DNA of 64,000 nt from Thermoplasmatota archaeon (GCA_029762535.1 JARVGK010000005.1:1-64000), one strand, 5' to 3'; shown: positions 40,518 to 50,485, counted from the stretch's first letter. Made by a program: numbers and translations. Notes: generated by a model from the letters alone, not told the origin.

Positions 40518-41003
40518 ATGGAAAGGTACATAGAGATCGATGGCTGGAAGAGCCAGGTCACATTCTCGGCCTGCCACATGCTACTTCGTCATGACAAATG
40601 TTCGCGGCTTCATGGACACACCTACGCCATACATTTGCGGATAAAAGGCCTTCCGGGGGAGGACATGCTCGTCCTGGACTTCCATTTGATAAAGAACGCT
40701 ATAAGGGGGATCGCAAAGGAATTAGACCATATGACTCTCGTTCCGGGAGACAACTTAAGCGTCACTATCGAAAGGGGACATGGACAGAACATATCTATCG
40801 ACATGCTGGGGAAGGTCTATTCCATTCCCTCGGATGACGTTCTGGTCCTGCCTGTAAAGGCTACAACGGTAGAGGAGCTTTCGAGATATATTCTGGAGCT
40901 TTTCCTCGAACGTATACCTCTGCCGGAGGTGATCCATGAGGTGTCATTGGGAGTTGATGAAGGACACGGGCAGGGGGCTTGGGCGTCAATAAGATTAAGG
41001 TGA
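40518..41003 (+). CDS. queD: 6-carboxy-5,6,7,8-tetrahydropterin synthase
   Basis: FSACH, CSRLHGHTY, LDF, LDH, TVEEL; next to queC and queE. Confidence 0.9.
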   Translation: MERYIEIDGWKSQVTFSACHMLLRHDKCSRLHGHTYAIHLRIKGLPGEDMLVLDFHLIKNAIRGIAKELDHMTLVPGDNLSVTIERGHGQNISIDMLGKVYSIPSDDVLVLPVKATTVEELSRYILELFLERIPLPEVIHEVSLGVDEGHGQGAWASIRLR

Positions 41004-41007
41004 TCCA

Positions 41008-41694
41008 TTGAGGGCCGTTGTTCTTTTGTCAGGTGGTATCGACTCTTCGACAACTCTCGCCGTTGCAAGGTATAGAGGTTACGATCCTTGTTGTCTTACG
41101 ATCCTGTACGGTCAGAAACATTCGAGGGAGATCGAGTCCGCAAAAAGCATTGCCCGACATCTTGGCGCATCCGATCATGTGATCATGGAGCTACCGGTGC
41201 AGTTGTTCTCCTGTTCATCACTGACCATGAAGGGGGATATACCACAGAGAATGGGTCCGGATGAGGTCCCGGGTGAAGGCGCCATACCGAACACCTATGT
41301 TCCCGGCCGGAACCTTGTATTCCTATCATTGGCCTGCTCTTGGGCCGAGAGCATCGGGGCAAAAGCCGTTTTCATAGGCGCCACTTCCGTGGACTATTCC
41401 GGATATCCTGATTGTAGAAGGGAATTCCTCGAGTCATTCGAGAGGACCGCCGCCCTGGCCACTCGTATTGGTACTGAGGGAGCACCTATACGTATCGAAG
41501 CCCCGCTCTTAGAGATGGATAAGGCCGCCATAATCAAGCTAGGGTACGAGCTCGGAGTGGACCTTTCGCTCACTTGGTCCTGCTACAGGGGCGGGAAAAA
41601 GGCATGTGGAAGATGTGACTCATGCATGTACAGGTTGAAGGGATTCAAGGAGGCGAGCCTTAACGACCCAATTCATTACGAGGAGATGATCTGA
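41008..41694 (+). CDS. queC: 7-cyano-7-deazaguanine synthase
   Basis: LSGGIDS, YGQKH..E, TYVPGRN, DYSGYPDCR, TWSCY...CGRCDSC. Confidence 0.96.
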   Translation: MRAVVLLSGGIDSSTTLAVARYRGYDPCCLTILYGQKHSREIESAKSIARHLGASDHVIMELPVQLFSCSSLTMKGDIPQRMGPDEVPGEGAIPNTYVPGRNLVFLSLACSWAESIGAKAVFIGATSVDYSGYPDCRREFLESFERTAALATRIGTEGAPIRIEAPLLEMDKAAIIKLGYELGVDLSLTWSCYRGGKKACGRCDSCMYRLKGFKEASLNDPIHYEEMI

Positions 41695-41695
41695 A

Positions 41696-42385
41696 TTGTC
41701 CTTCAATATATGTGAGATATTCCCCTCGATCCAGGGGGAAGGGGTCAATACGGGGCTGCCAACGGTATTCGTAAGATTCTTCGGATGCAATCTATCATGT
41801 TCATGGTGCGATACCGAGTACTCCAAAACGGGGTCTCAACAGTCCTCTATGGACCTGCGAGGATTGTTGGAGAAGGTATCCACCCACTATTTACCCAACG
41901 TGTGTCTCACAGGTGGTGAACCTCTTCTTCAGGAAGGGGTCATCGAACTCGTGGAGGAGCTTATCCTCGAAGGGTTCAATGTCGATATGGAGACCAACGG
42001 CAGCCTGCCCGTAATCGAACTGGTGAACAAATGCCCGGCAGTTAGAATATCAATGGATGTCAAGACGCCCTCATCCGGCATGAGCGATAGCTTTCTCGAT
42101 GAGAATCTGGACCATCTTAGGTTCGACGATACATTAAAGTTCATCATCGCTTCCGATGAGGACCTGTCATTCGCACTGGAGTTTGTACAGAAACACGATC
42201 CTGGTTGCAACATTATTCTCACCCCATGTACCAACAAAGGAGGGGATGGCCTGGTAGAAGGACTTCTAAAGGCGATACGGTCATGTGAAGGGAAAGATGA
42301 AAACCGTCATGGCTCCCCATTCTCGCGCGCACGGGTGATGGTCCAAACGCACAGAGTGATATGGGGGGATAGAAAGGGTGTATGA
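41696..42385 (+). CDS. queE: 7-carboxy-7-deazaguanine synthase (radical SAM)
   Basis: EIFPSIQGEG, FVRFFGCNLSCSWCDT, TGGEPLLQ, ETNG, QTH. Confidence 0.95.
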   Translation: MSFNICEIFPSIQGEGVNTGLPTVFVRFFGCNLSCSWCDTEYSKTGSQQSSMDLRGLLEKVSTHYLPNVCLTGGEPLLQEGVIELVEELILEGFNVDMETNGSLPVIELVNKCPAVRISMDVKTPSSGMSDSFLDENLDHLRFDDTLKFIIASDEDLSFALEFVQKHDPGCNIILTPCTNKGGDGLVEGLLKAIRSCEGKDENRHGSPFSRARVMVQTHRVIWGDRKGV

Positions 42386-42427
42386 TCATTTTCTCTCGCA
42401 TCTTCGAACGTCATTGGGGGTGGCATC

Positions 42428-42988
42428 CTATAAGGGTATCGCCTCTATATCGAGCCCGTCCCCTATTATGGCCGAGTTGCCTTCTGGGTCGGATATGGTC
42501 AGAGTCAAAGATGTCCTTCCCGCCTTGCATGCCTCTATTTTGTCCAATAGCTCAAGTGCCCTTGAGATCCGATCCCCGTCATCCTCCAAAGTAGAGTTGT
42601 AAAAGTCCTTGATCATGATCTTAAGGATGCCTTTGACCCTCTCAAGAATGCCCTCCGCATTCGTGATGTATCCCTCAGAGGCGATGCCGGGGTCTATTCT
42701 CACACCCAATTCAGGTATGGTGACTGTAGATGAAGATGACCTGACCACTCTAGCCCAAAGCGCCTCGGGCCGGTCTATGACCACTTTGTGACACGCGGGA
42801 GGGCCTGCTTTCGCTGGAATGACATCAGTGCTTCTGTAACCACATTTCGGACATGAGATGGCTATCAGATCCACCTCCCCGAAATGGGGTATATCAATAA
42901 CTGTGGAAGTGATCGATAACCTTCCTTCACCACATGAGAAACATGTGGGTGACCCCTCGTCCATCCTTAAACATCCGACCCGGATCAC
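42428..42988 (-). CDS. ZPR1 zinc finger domain protein
   Basis: CFSC, IPHFGEV, CPKCGYR, VVRS, IPELG, EGYITNAEG.L.R, DPEGNS. Confidence 0.92.
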   Translation of the reverse strand: MIRVGCLRMDEGSPTCFSCGEGRLSITSTVIDIPHFGEVDLIAISCPKCGYRSTDVIPAKAGPPACHKVVIDRPEALWARVVRSSSSTVTIPELGVRIDPGIASEGYITNAEGILERVKGILKIMIKDFYNSTLEDDGDRISRALELLDKIEACKAGRTSLTLTISDPEGNSAIIGDGLDIEAIPL

Positions 42989-43374
42989 TTTTTCATCCTG
43001 CGGATCTTCTTCTTGTCTATGTTCATTCCCTTTGGCGTGACGATGAGCAGATTTTGACCGATCCCGGCAATGTCCCCGTTGATATCCTCGACCACGCGCT
43101 TAAGCTCGGTGATCGTCCTCTTCAACTCGAGATCGTCGTTCGCAATTGGTGTGAAGTCAAGGACGAGGATGTTTCCTTCGTATATCAGGTTCGAGAGGTC
43201 CGGTATCTGCCGGTAACCGTCGATATCCGCGAATTTCACACCTGGTCCGCCGGCCTTCTGCGCCCCGGGCTCACGACCCTTCATGACCCCCAGGTCGATG
43301 TACGTCCTTCCAACCTCGAACTGGTTCGAGCGATAATCATCATTCTTCTCCGCGCTTTTCCGAAATAGTGGCAT
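42985..43374 (-). CDS. sepF: Cell division protein SepF
   Basis: YIDLG, YEGNILVLD, GDIAGIG..LLIVTP.G..ID; usual sepF-ZPR1 pairing. Confidence 0.9.
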   Translation of the reverse strand: MPLFRKSAEKNDDYRSNQFEVGRTYIDLGVMKGREPGAQKAGGPGVKFADIDGYRQIPDLSNLIYEGNILVLDFTPIANDDLELKRTITELKRVVEDINGDIAGIGQNLLIVTPKGMNIDKKKIRRMKK

Positions 43375-43484
43375 TAAACACCCTCCATGAGGGGCGTTCC
43401 CCTGTTTGGACCTGCAAGGGAATTCTATATGTCGATTATATACTTTATCATGCCAGAGAGGGCATTTGAGACGATGAGGGGTGT

Positions 43485-46400
43485 TTATTCTGAAATATCA
43501 TCATCTGCGGTCTCAGGTGCGCCGTCCTCATTATGCGGAGAGATCTCCTCTGATAGCTCGAAAACACCTTTGCTTATGCTCATCGTGGATATCCCGTCAT
43601 CATCCTTTATCACCGAGTCGGTCTTCCTTACGAGATCGTCCAGGTCCATGGCTTCCACCTCACCCGGTTTGATGGGAACGTCATCGAGCGAGGGCGAGGA
43701 GATGTTTTGAACGAGGAACTCGTCCATATCCTGCTTGCTCTTCTGGATCTCGGCGAGCTTTTCGCGCTTTATCCTCTTCTCTTCCTTCCTCTTGTAGAAG
43801 CCGTAACCGAGGTATCCTGCATATCCAAGGCCGGCAAGAACGAGAATGACAAATATGACCACAAGTAAATAGGCCCATATCGGCCATTCGCCCTCGTGAT
43901 TGGCTATCACGACCGATGCGGTGAACTCGTGATACTCGTAGCCGTCGAACGCTCTCATTTCGAACACCCTTTCTCCGTCTTTGTACCTGTTGGTGTCCAC
44001 ATCGAAGCTGAAGGTGTTCTCCAGAAGGGTGGTGTTGATCCAAGAGCCGTCCCTGGCCTTAAGCTGTACCAGTCTCGCATATCCGGGTTCGACAAGGACG
44101 ACCCCAGTTATCTTCAGCGTTCCAACGACCTTCTCCCCGTTATCCGGTGAGGATAGCATTACGTTCCACGATCTAATGGACCTTGAGACGGATAGGGTGA
44201 AGTTGTAGAGGAGCGAGTAACCCGAGGAGTTAACCTGTATCGAGACGTTGTGGTCCCCGATCTGGTCAACGTCGGGAGTCCATGCAAGCAGGTTCCTGAA
44301 CGGGTCGAACTCCATTCCATTCGGCCCAAATAGAAGGGTTATCGCGGGGATGTCACCTTGGGGATCGGTGACTATGATCTCGTAGCTCCATGGCATCATG
44401 TCGAAGAGCTCGGTCCGCGGAGTCGTATGAACCTCCGGTGGAAGGAATCTTTGGATCACCCTTATTCTGAATGTGTACAAGATCTCCTCTTCATCCCTGT
44501 CAGTAACACTTATCTTGAACAATATGGGTTCGGGATAGAATCTGGATGCTGTGAATGTGAATTCCCCGCTAAGTGGGTCCAAAACTGCGCTCTCACCCTC
44601 GACAAGCAGATATTCAAGACGGTCATCAGGGTCGATATCCTCGGCGGTTATGTTGAATTCGTAGATGTCACCGACATGGACCTCAATATATTCCGGGGGT
44701 AATGATATGAAGTAAGGCGGGTCGTTCTTGTTTATCACGTTGAGGACGAACCTGTACGTTCTTGAGTCCATGCCATCCGTGACTTTTATGATGAGGGGGT
44801 GCAACCCGACATGGGAATTGTTCACATCCCATACCAGGGTCCGGTTGTTCTGGAGGAACATGCCGGGAAGCTCGTTGTAGGTGAAAGTGGCGTTGTCACC
44901 CTCTGCATCATAGAAGGTCGGTGAGAATATCCAGCGGGTGTCCTGGAGTATGTCGGTCTGAGGTAGTGTTTTCAAGGCCGGTGCATCGTTGACAGGAGTT
45001 ACCTCGACGACGATGTCGGTGATCATTATTTGTAGGCCACTGCTGTCCGTTATTCTTATTAGAGGGTAAACAAGACCTGTCCAGTTGTCGTTCGATTCGG
45101 TCGAGGATGTATCGTTGAACGCGTCGGCCTTCAGGTACCTACCCCCAACTAAGGAAAAGTTCACGAATGAAGTGTTGATAAGTCCGGGAAACACTTCTAT
45201 TGTCAGATCTTCGATGGGGGTAAGGTCATCGCTGAGATATGCATATAGGTCCAGAAGCTTTGGATCACAGGTATCCTCCTCAAGTGATAGCGCCTTGGGG
45301 TATCCTGAGAATACAGGTGGGAGATCGAGATCGATATCAAACTCGTTTATTACGATCCCTCCGGGAGCCTTGGAAAAGAATCGGAAAGGAACATGATGGT
45401 TGCCATCGAGCTGAACTTCGAGCGACCTCAGTTCCGAATTGATCTTCTCCGATACATCATCAACTGCCACCTGATGGTCGTACCTGATATCCAAAGAACT
45501 GAGGTTGAATATGGTGGACCTCTCTATTGGATCGCTCGTCGAGCAGCTGAAGCGCAGAGGAAGCCTGATATAGTTGTGGTACGAGGTGCTTAGTTCCGGG
45601 TCGGGTTCAATGTTTTTTATATAATCGGAGACGACATCCGATATATCTCCGGAATTTACCTTATCATTGAGCCGGTCGCCGTTGTAACTCCATATGAGGT
45701 TGGAACCGATCCAGATCGATGGGGTATTAAAGGGAAGGGTGTCGATATCAAATCGATCGTTGATCACGATATTGCCTATTCCCTTTGATGTGATGCCGTC
45801 CTTGAATACAGCACCGGAGCAGATATCCTTGTATCCATCGCCCCTTAGGTCTGCGTCGATTACGATGGATGAGCCGAACATGGCCCCATTCCTGCTGTCA
45901 TACAGTATGTCCTTCTGACCTTGGGACCTCGAATATAGGACGATCTGGCTGCCGGTGCCGGGATCCGGCGCTCCTATGGCGAACTCCAAATCGCCATCAT
46001 CGTCGATATCATATGAGGATGATACATACGATCCGAATCCATTTATCAGCGGTGCTGAGATCATTTGATCGAGAACGGCATCCGGAGGATCGGATGCATC
46101 GTAGATGAGAACCTTGCGGTCCGAGTTCGCGGAGGCCCCTATCGCAAGCGTATCCGAGCCAGAGCCAAGGGTGTCCTTTATAAACCCCATGAACGAGAAG
46201 CCGGACAGGGAGCCATCGCTCACCGGGTCGATCTCGAGGTCCTGAATGGTGTTGAAGGAGGAGGATCCAAAATAGATATGAACCGCATCTTCGGATGCTA
46301 TCGCTATATCGTCAATACCATCATCGTTCATGTCCCCGCTGGAGACGAACCTGCCAAATTCGGAGGTCGAATCCGGTTCGATAACGTTGATCAATCTGGT

Positions 46401-47453
46401 CTTGTCCGAGAAATCAGGGTTTGTGGCATCGTACTTGAGTATGTAGACCTTGCCGGACCCGGAGTTGGCATCAGGAGCGCCGACTATGATCTCTTTCCAT
46501 CCATCGTCGTCTATGTCCCCTACCGCCACCGAGGCGCCGAATGATTCAAGGGTCGTGTTGCCCAATAAAGTATCTTCGGTATTCGTGCCGTAGCTGTTCC
46601 TTACATTGTAGAGGTGGACGGCCCCTTCCTGGTCCTTCCCTCCGCCCGGAGCGCCTACAACGATATAATCTATGGAAGAGGTGACCTTGAAGGTATCGGA
46701 TATGGATGTGGAATAATACGCGAACTCTTCTGGGCCGTTGGCCATGACCTCCTTTATGAATGAACCGGAGGAGTAATGGACCCTGTAAAGCACTCCGTAG
46801 TTGAGATCCCCATCCGGGGCTCCGGTAATTAGGGTGTCAGCGGTCGTTGACTTGATCTTGCCGGCATTTATGAGGACAGCTCCCATTCGATCTCCGTCAG
46901 TGTCTCCTTCAACGTTATAGGTGATATATTCATCAGACCTTTGGTATCCTATAAGGTCCAATGACATGTGTTCCATCTCTGCTCCCACGGGAAGTATTGT
47001 CTCGAAAATGAAAGGGGAAGCGGTTCCTGCATCGAAAATTGCGAAGTTCTGTCCCAGGGAACCGCGGGTCTGGCGTCCCCACGCTCCAAGATGATAGGTC
47101 ATGTCGCTTTCTAAGATCGATGGGAAGTCCATGTCGTTGTTCTTCGTGCCTATTCTTATCCAGGGGTCGATCGGATAAGAGGCGGGCTCGCTCGGATGAT
47201 GGACCGGGCTCAGGGAGAGCTTTGTGGATAGGACCTTTGCGCCTCTGGGGATAGGTATGTGATAACTGTCGTTGAGAGTCTTCATTTCATTGTGCACGTA
47301 CAATCGCGATCCCTGTTCCAGAGGGATCGTGTCTGTGTTCCTGGAAGGGTCCGATATTCTTGACGGTCCGCTTTCATATCCGGTGGCCTGCAGGAACACA
47401 ACGGATGTGGCCAGCATCATGCATACGATCATAAGGATGTAAGTGGCTTTCAA
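43485..47453 (-). CDS. Large surface protein: FG-GAP repeats, cadherin/Ig-like domains, C-terminal TM
   Basis: Signal peptide; GDIDDDG..EIIVGAP and GDMNDDGIDD repeats; VNDAP/NDPP cadherin-like linkers; TM helix and acidic tail. Confidence 0.85.
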   Translation of the reverse strand: MKATYILMIVCMMLATSVVFLQATGYESGPSRISDPSRNTDTIPLEQGSRLYVHNEMKTLNDSYHIPIPRGAKVLSTKLSLSPVHHPSEPASYPIDPWIRIGTKNNDMDFPSILESDMTYHLGAWGRQTRGSLGQNFAIFDAGTASPFIFETILPVGAEMEHMSLDLIGYQRSDEYITYNVEGDTDGDRMGAVLINAGKIKSTTADTLITGAPDGDLNYGVLYRVHYSSGSFIKEVMANGPEEFAYYSTSISDTFKVTSSIDYIVVGAPGGGKDQEGAVHLYNVRNSYGTNTEDTLLGNTTLESFGASVAVGDIDDDGWKEIIVGAPDANSGSGKVYILKYDATNPDFSDKTRLINVIEPDSTSEFGRFVSSGDMNDDGIDDIAIASEDAVHIYFGSSSFNTIQDLEIDPVSDGSLSGFSFMGFIKDTLGSGSDTLAIGASANSDRKVLIYDASDPPDAVLDQMISAPLINGFGSYVSSSYDIDDDGDLEFAIGAPDPGTGSQIVLYSRSQGQKDILYDSRNGAMFGSSIVIDADLRGDGYKDICSGAVFKDGITSKGIGNIVINDRFDIDTLPFNTPSIWIGSNLIWSYNGDRLNDKVNSGDISDVVSDYIKNIEPDPELSTSYHNYIRLPLRFSCSTSDPIERSTIFNLSSLDIRYDHQVAVDDVSEKINSELRSLEVQLDGNHHVPFRFFSKAPGGIVINEFDIDLDLPPVFSGYPKALSLEEDTCDPKLLDLYAYLSDDLTPIEDLTIEVFPGLINTSFVNFSLVGGRYLKADAFNDTSSTESNDNWTGLVYPLIRITDSSGLQIMITDIVVEVTPVNDAPALKTLPQTDILQDTRWIFSPTFYDAEGDNATFTYNELPGMFLQNNRTLVWDVNNSHVGLHPLIIKVTDGMDSRTYRFVLNVINKNDPPYFISLPPEYIEVHVGDIYEFNITAEDIDPDDRLEYLLVEGESAVLDPLSGEFTFTASRFYPEPILFKISVTDRDEEEILYTFRIRVIQRFLPPEVHTTPRTELFDMMPWSYEIIVTDPQGDIPAITLLFGPNGMEFDPFRNLLAWTPDVDQIGDHNVSIQVNSSGYSLLYNFTLSVSRSIRSWNVMLSSPDNGEKVVGTLKITGVVLVEPGYARLVQLKARDGSWINTTLLENTFSFDVDTNRYKDGERVFEMRAFDGYEYHEFTASVVIANHEGEWPIWAYLLVVIFVILVLAGLGYAGYLGYGFYKRKEEKRIKREKLAEIQKSKQDMDEFLVQNISSPSLDDVPIKPGEVEAMDLDDLVRKTDSVIKDDDGISTMSISKGVFELSEEISPHNEDGAPETADDDISE

Positions 47454-47555
47454 GGGCTACACCGAAGATGTATAGGTAATGGTCCGATTAAAAGTTTATC
47501 TAATGGAATATCTTTCTTCCACAGGCCAGTGACCCTATCTTAAAAAAAAATCAAT

Positions 47556-47642
47556 GCAGGGGTAGCCAAGCTCGGTCAACGGCACCGGACTTAAGATCCG
47601 GTCCTCAGCGGTTCGAGGGTTCGAATCCCTTCCCCTGCACCA
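47556..47642 (+). tRNA. tRNA-Leu(TAA), CCA encoded, no intron
   Basis: Acceptor GCAGGGG/CCCCTGC, anticodon arm CCGGA-CTTAAGA-TCCGG, long variable arm, T-loop GGTTCGAATCC, ACCA end. Confidence 0.96.
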
Positions 47643-48012
47643 TATCTAATTTGTTGTAGCTCTAGCGACGCACGGGATTCGAACCCCACTCGACCATAAT
47701 TAAACATCCCGGGGTTCATGGATGATGCGCTAGTGGATTTGACGATATGCTTCATCCATGACGTGGAAAATCTCCGATTTTCCGCAGTCGAATCCCTTCC
47801 CCTGCACTCTTTTCTTTACGTCATATTATGATCGATACAGAAAAGAGTGCGTCATAACAATTAGATACGAAAAATGCCCGATGGGCATTTTCCTGGACCT
47901 TTGGACTTGGTATATCGTCAAATTATGGACAGTCCAAAGGTCCCTTCCCCTGCACCATATCTAATTTGTTGTAACTCTAGCGAAGCACGGGATCCGAACC
48001 CCACTCGACCAT
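47626..48012 (+). repeat. Direct repeats of the tRNA-Leu 3' end and flank
   Basis: 47626-47697 and 47941-48012 match at 69 of 72 nt; 47788-47807 is identical to tRNA 47621-47640. Confidence 0.9.
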
Positions 48013-48050
48013 CAAGGAATATCCCGATGTTCATTAATGATCAGAGATGA

Positions 48051-48782
48051 TCAATCATCGCTTCCATCATAGAAGACAACGCTTGCGGTGAGGGAATATT
48101 CATTGGAGTTATCGTTTATGGACATGAGGTTGAGGCCGAGCCTGGGTTCATAATCTCCAGCATCGACGAGTGTCACCTGGATCGAGAATGGCCCCACACC
48201 TTTGTAGTCGATCATGGTCGCATCGTCCAGATCTATCGAGATAGAGATCGTACCTGAGGACCCTATTGTGTTTTCCGAGGTCATGTCCGCCAAGGTCTTG
48301 CCGGTGGGATCAAGGATCTTTGCGTTGAATGTATCTGGCTGGTTCTCATAGACCCTGATCCGCCTGATGTCAGGTTCATCCGTCCAGATCAAGGAAACAT
48401 CAACCTTTCGTATGACCTTTAGGTCGTTAGCGTCTATCGTCACATCATGAGAGCTTCTTTCGTTAAGCTCTCCTGAGGCGGATATGGTCTCCTTTCTCTC
48501 TAAATATCCTCTGATCTCCGGTATATCGCTTATGATCCCGTTATCTTCCGATTGATCGTAAACGATCTTGAGTATTTCATCCCGGCCAAGGACGTTCCCC
48601 TGTGAATTTGCTTCCCAGAGGAAAACAGCTAAAGTGAGGAAGAATATCAAAAATGCTCCCACAATGGTCGTTGCCCTTTTATGCCTCTCGAAAATGAACG
48701 TGTTCACATCGCTCAGCAGAGAGCCGATTCCCCTATTTTTTGAGGGTTCCTTCATGTCATCTCCAGAGCAGGTTAGGACCAA
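48051..48782 (-). CDS. Hypothetical membrane-anchored protein
   Basis: Single TM near the N-terminus, beta-rich domain (L.WTDEPD..ENQPDTF). Confidence 0.7.
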   Translation of the reverse strand: MVLTCSGDDMKEPSKNRGIGSLLSDVNTFIFERHKRATTIVGAFLIFFLTLAVFLWEANSQGNVLGRDEILKIVYDQSEDNGIISDIPEIRGYLERKETISASGELNERSSHDVTIDANDLKVIRKVDVSLIWTDEPDIRRIRVYENQPDTFNAKILDPTGKTLADMTSENTIGSSGTISISIDLDDATMIDYKGVGPFSIQVTLVDAGDYEPRLGLNLMSINDNSNEYSLTASVVFYDGSDD

Positions 48783-48834
48783 GTTGATATTAAATCCTTT
48801 TCACGTTGCGGCATAACCTCTGCAAAAGGATTAA

Positions 48835-49440
48835 ATGAATGAATGGATTTATGAACTATATCCATTGAAGGTGAAGTTAATGAATATGACGATACTGATA
48901 ATCATATTCGGCCTGCTTGTTTTTATCGCGTTGATCTTTCTGTTGATCTTCTTTTTAAAGCCGAAGAAACAGGCGGACGCGATCGAGATGAGAGGGCCAA
49001 GGCGGAGGATGGACACCCTCGAATACCAGGAGGAGCCGGACGAGGAACTTATGAGCAGGAAATTCCTATGTCCCAAGTGCAATTCCGAGGTTTATTACGA
49101 AGAGGATGAATGTCCCAGTTGCGGGAACGCCTTTGTAAAGGACGAATTCGAGTGCCCATCATGCTCTAAGATCGTCGATCCAAGAGAGAAGGAGTGTCCA
49201 TACTGCGGAGAGATCCTTCTCGATGAGCCGTATGTGTGCCCTAACTGCTCCAATCCAGTATCTCCTGACTCCACCAGATGCGATCGGTGCAACATAACCT
49301 ATTGGAGCCCGATCAAGCTCGACCAGCGCACACTGAAGAGCAGAAGGAGACCTGTCGAGCCAGAAGAGAAGACAGAGGAGCCTAAAGAGGAGCATCGCGA
49401 GGAGAGGCCATATCCCGGCCGAGCGCGTAGATACAGATGA
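48835..49440 (+). CDS. Membrane-anchored multi-zinc-ribbon (DZR-like) protein
   Basis: N-terminal TM; six CxxC motifs at about 14-aa period. Confidence 0.8.
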   Translation: MNEWIYELYPLKVKLMNMTILIIIFGLLVFIALIFLLIFFLKPKKQADAIEMRGPRRRMDTLEYQEEPDEELMSRKFLCPKCNSEVYYEEDECPSCGNAFVKDEFECPSCSKIVDPREKECPYCGEILLDEPYVCPNCSNPVSPDSTRCDRCNITYWSPIKLDQRTLKSRRRPVEPEEKTEEPKEEHREERPYPGRARRYR

Positions 49441-49459
49441 TATCCATTCATATCACATC

Positions 49460-50485
49460 TCAATGAACGTGAAGGTCGAGCGAGACCATATATGAGTCAG
49501 GGGAGTATTGATGAACTTCCCTAACCCCCTCCAAGGAATAGACCCTATCATTATTGATCATCGTATCATCGATCATCCTGAGGGTATCCTGGACTCCAGC
49601 GGTCTCTGATATAATATACAGATGTATCCTTCCGCGCTCGATACAATTGAGGGCTATCTCAAGGAAATCAAGGGAAGAGTGCGGCAGGTTCATGACCACT
49701 CTATCGAATGGTCCAAGTGTAGGTGCCACATCCCGTGAATCACCCAGATAGCATGAGACCCTATCCTCGAGAGAGTTCAGGGAAATATTCATTTCCATGT
49801 ATCGTATGCATTCAGGATTGAGGTCTATCCCTACGATCTCCCTGGCACGGCCGTGTCTTGCTATGGTAAGTGCGAAGGGCCCTACCCCGCAGAACATATC
49901 TAGGACTCGTTCATCCTGTGTGAGCGATGCGATCCTCTGCCTTTCGGTCGAGAGCCTCGGGGAGAAATACACCTTGGAGGGATCGAGCTTCAAGCGGATA
50001 TTGTTCTCGATATGAACGGTTTCGAGATCGGGCCCACCAAGAAGGACCTCCATGTCCCGCAGCCTGTATTCTCCAATCACTCCTCTGTCGAGGGCTACAT
50101 GTTTGATGTTCTTGTTGACCAGAGTTAGAGCCTGAGCGATGTCATCACCGTAATCAGCGAGACCATCCGGAAGTTTTAGTATGCAAACATCTCCTATGAT
50201 GTCGAAGGAGGATGGGAGGAGGTCCTTCAGTTCCCTCGGCACATCGACGACATCCTTGTAGGATCTAGGAGGCCTAAATTTTGTCCTACCTTCACGAACG
50301 GTTAGCTCCCCAAGATCCGCTACGCCCTGTTCGACTAATGATTTATCCTCCCAGATGAGAGGTAGAAGGACCTTCCTGCCCTCCTTTTCGATTAGTACAT
50401 CTGCGTTAATGTAACCCCTATCGTTCAGTATCCGCCTTGTACTCTCGGCGTCCCTATTCTTAACTGCAAGGTAGAGCATTCTCAT
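49460..50485 (-). CDS. trm5: Trm5/Met-10-family tRNA methyltransferase
   Basis: LPSSFDIIGD, VYFSPRLSTER.RI, LDMFCGVGPF, DLNP, VMNLP. Confidence 0.88.
   Translation of the reverse strand: MRMLYLAVKNRDAESTRRILNDRGYINADVLIEKEGRKVLLPLIWEDKSLVEQGVADLGELTVREGRTKFRPPRSYKDVVDVPRELKDLLPSSFDIIGDVCILKLPDGLADYGDDIAQALTLVNKNIKHVALDRGVIGEYRLRDMEVLLGGPDLETVHIENNIRLKLDPSKVYFSPRLSTERQRIASLTQDERVLDMFCGVGPFALTIARHGRAREIVGIDLNPECIRYMEMNISLNSLEDRVSCYLGDSRDVAPTLGPFDRVVMNLPHSSLDFLEIALNCIERGRIHLYIISETAGVQDTLRMIDDTMINNDRVYSLEGVREVHQYSPDSYMVSLDLHVH

Noticed and set aside
38857-41003. Transglutaminase acting as an amidinotransferase for archaeosine
   Set aside because: Its TM topology suggests an extracellular catalytic domain; adjacency to queD is the only link
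40518-42385. queDCE as a dpd DNA-modification defence island
   Set aside because: No dpdA/dpdB or restriction genes nearby; preQ0 supply for archaeosine is the simple explanation
47621-48012. CRISPR array or intact integrated element
   Set aside because: Repeats are tRNA-derived and irregular; no cas, integrase or cargo genes
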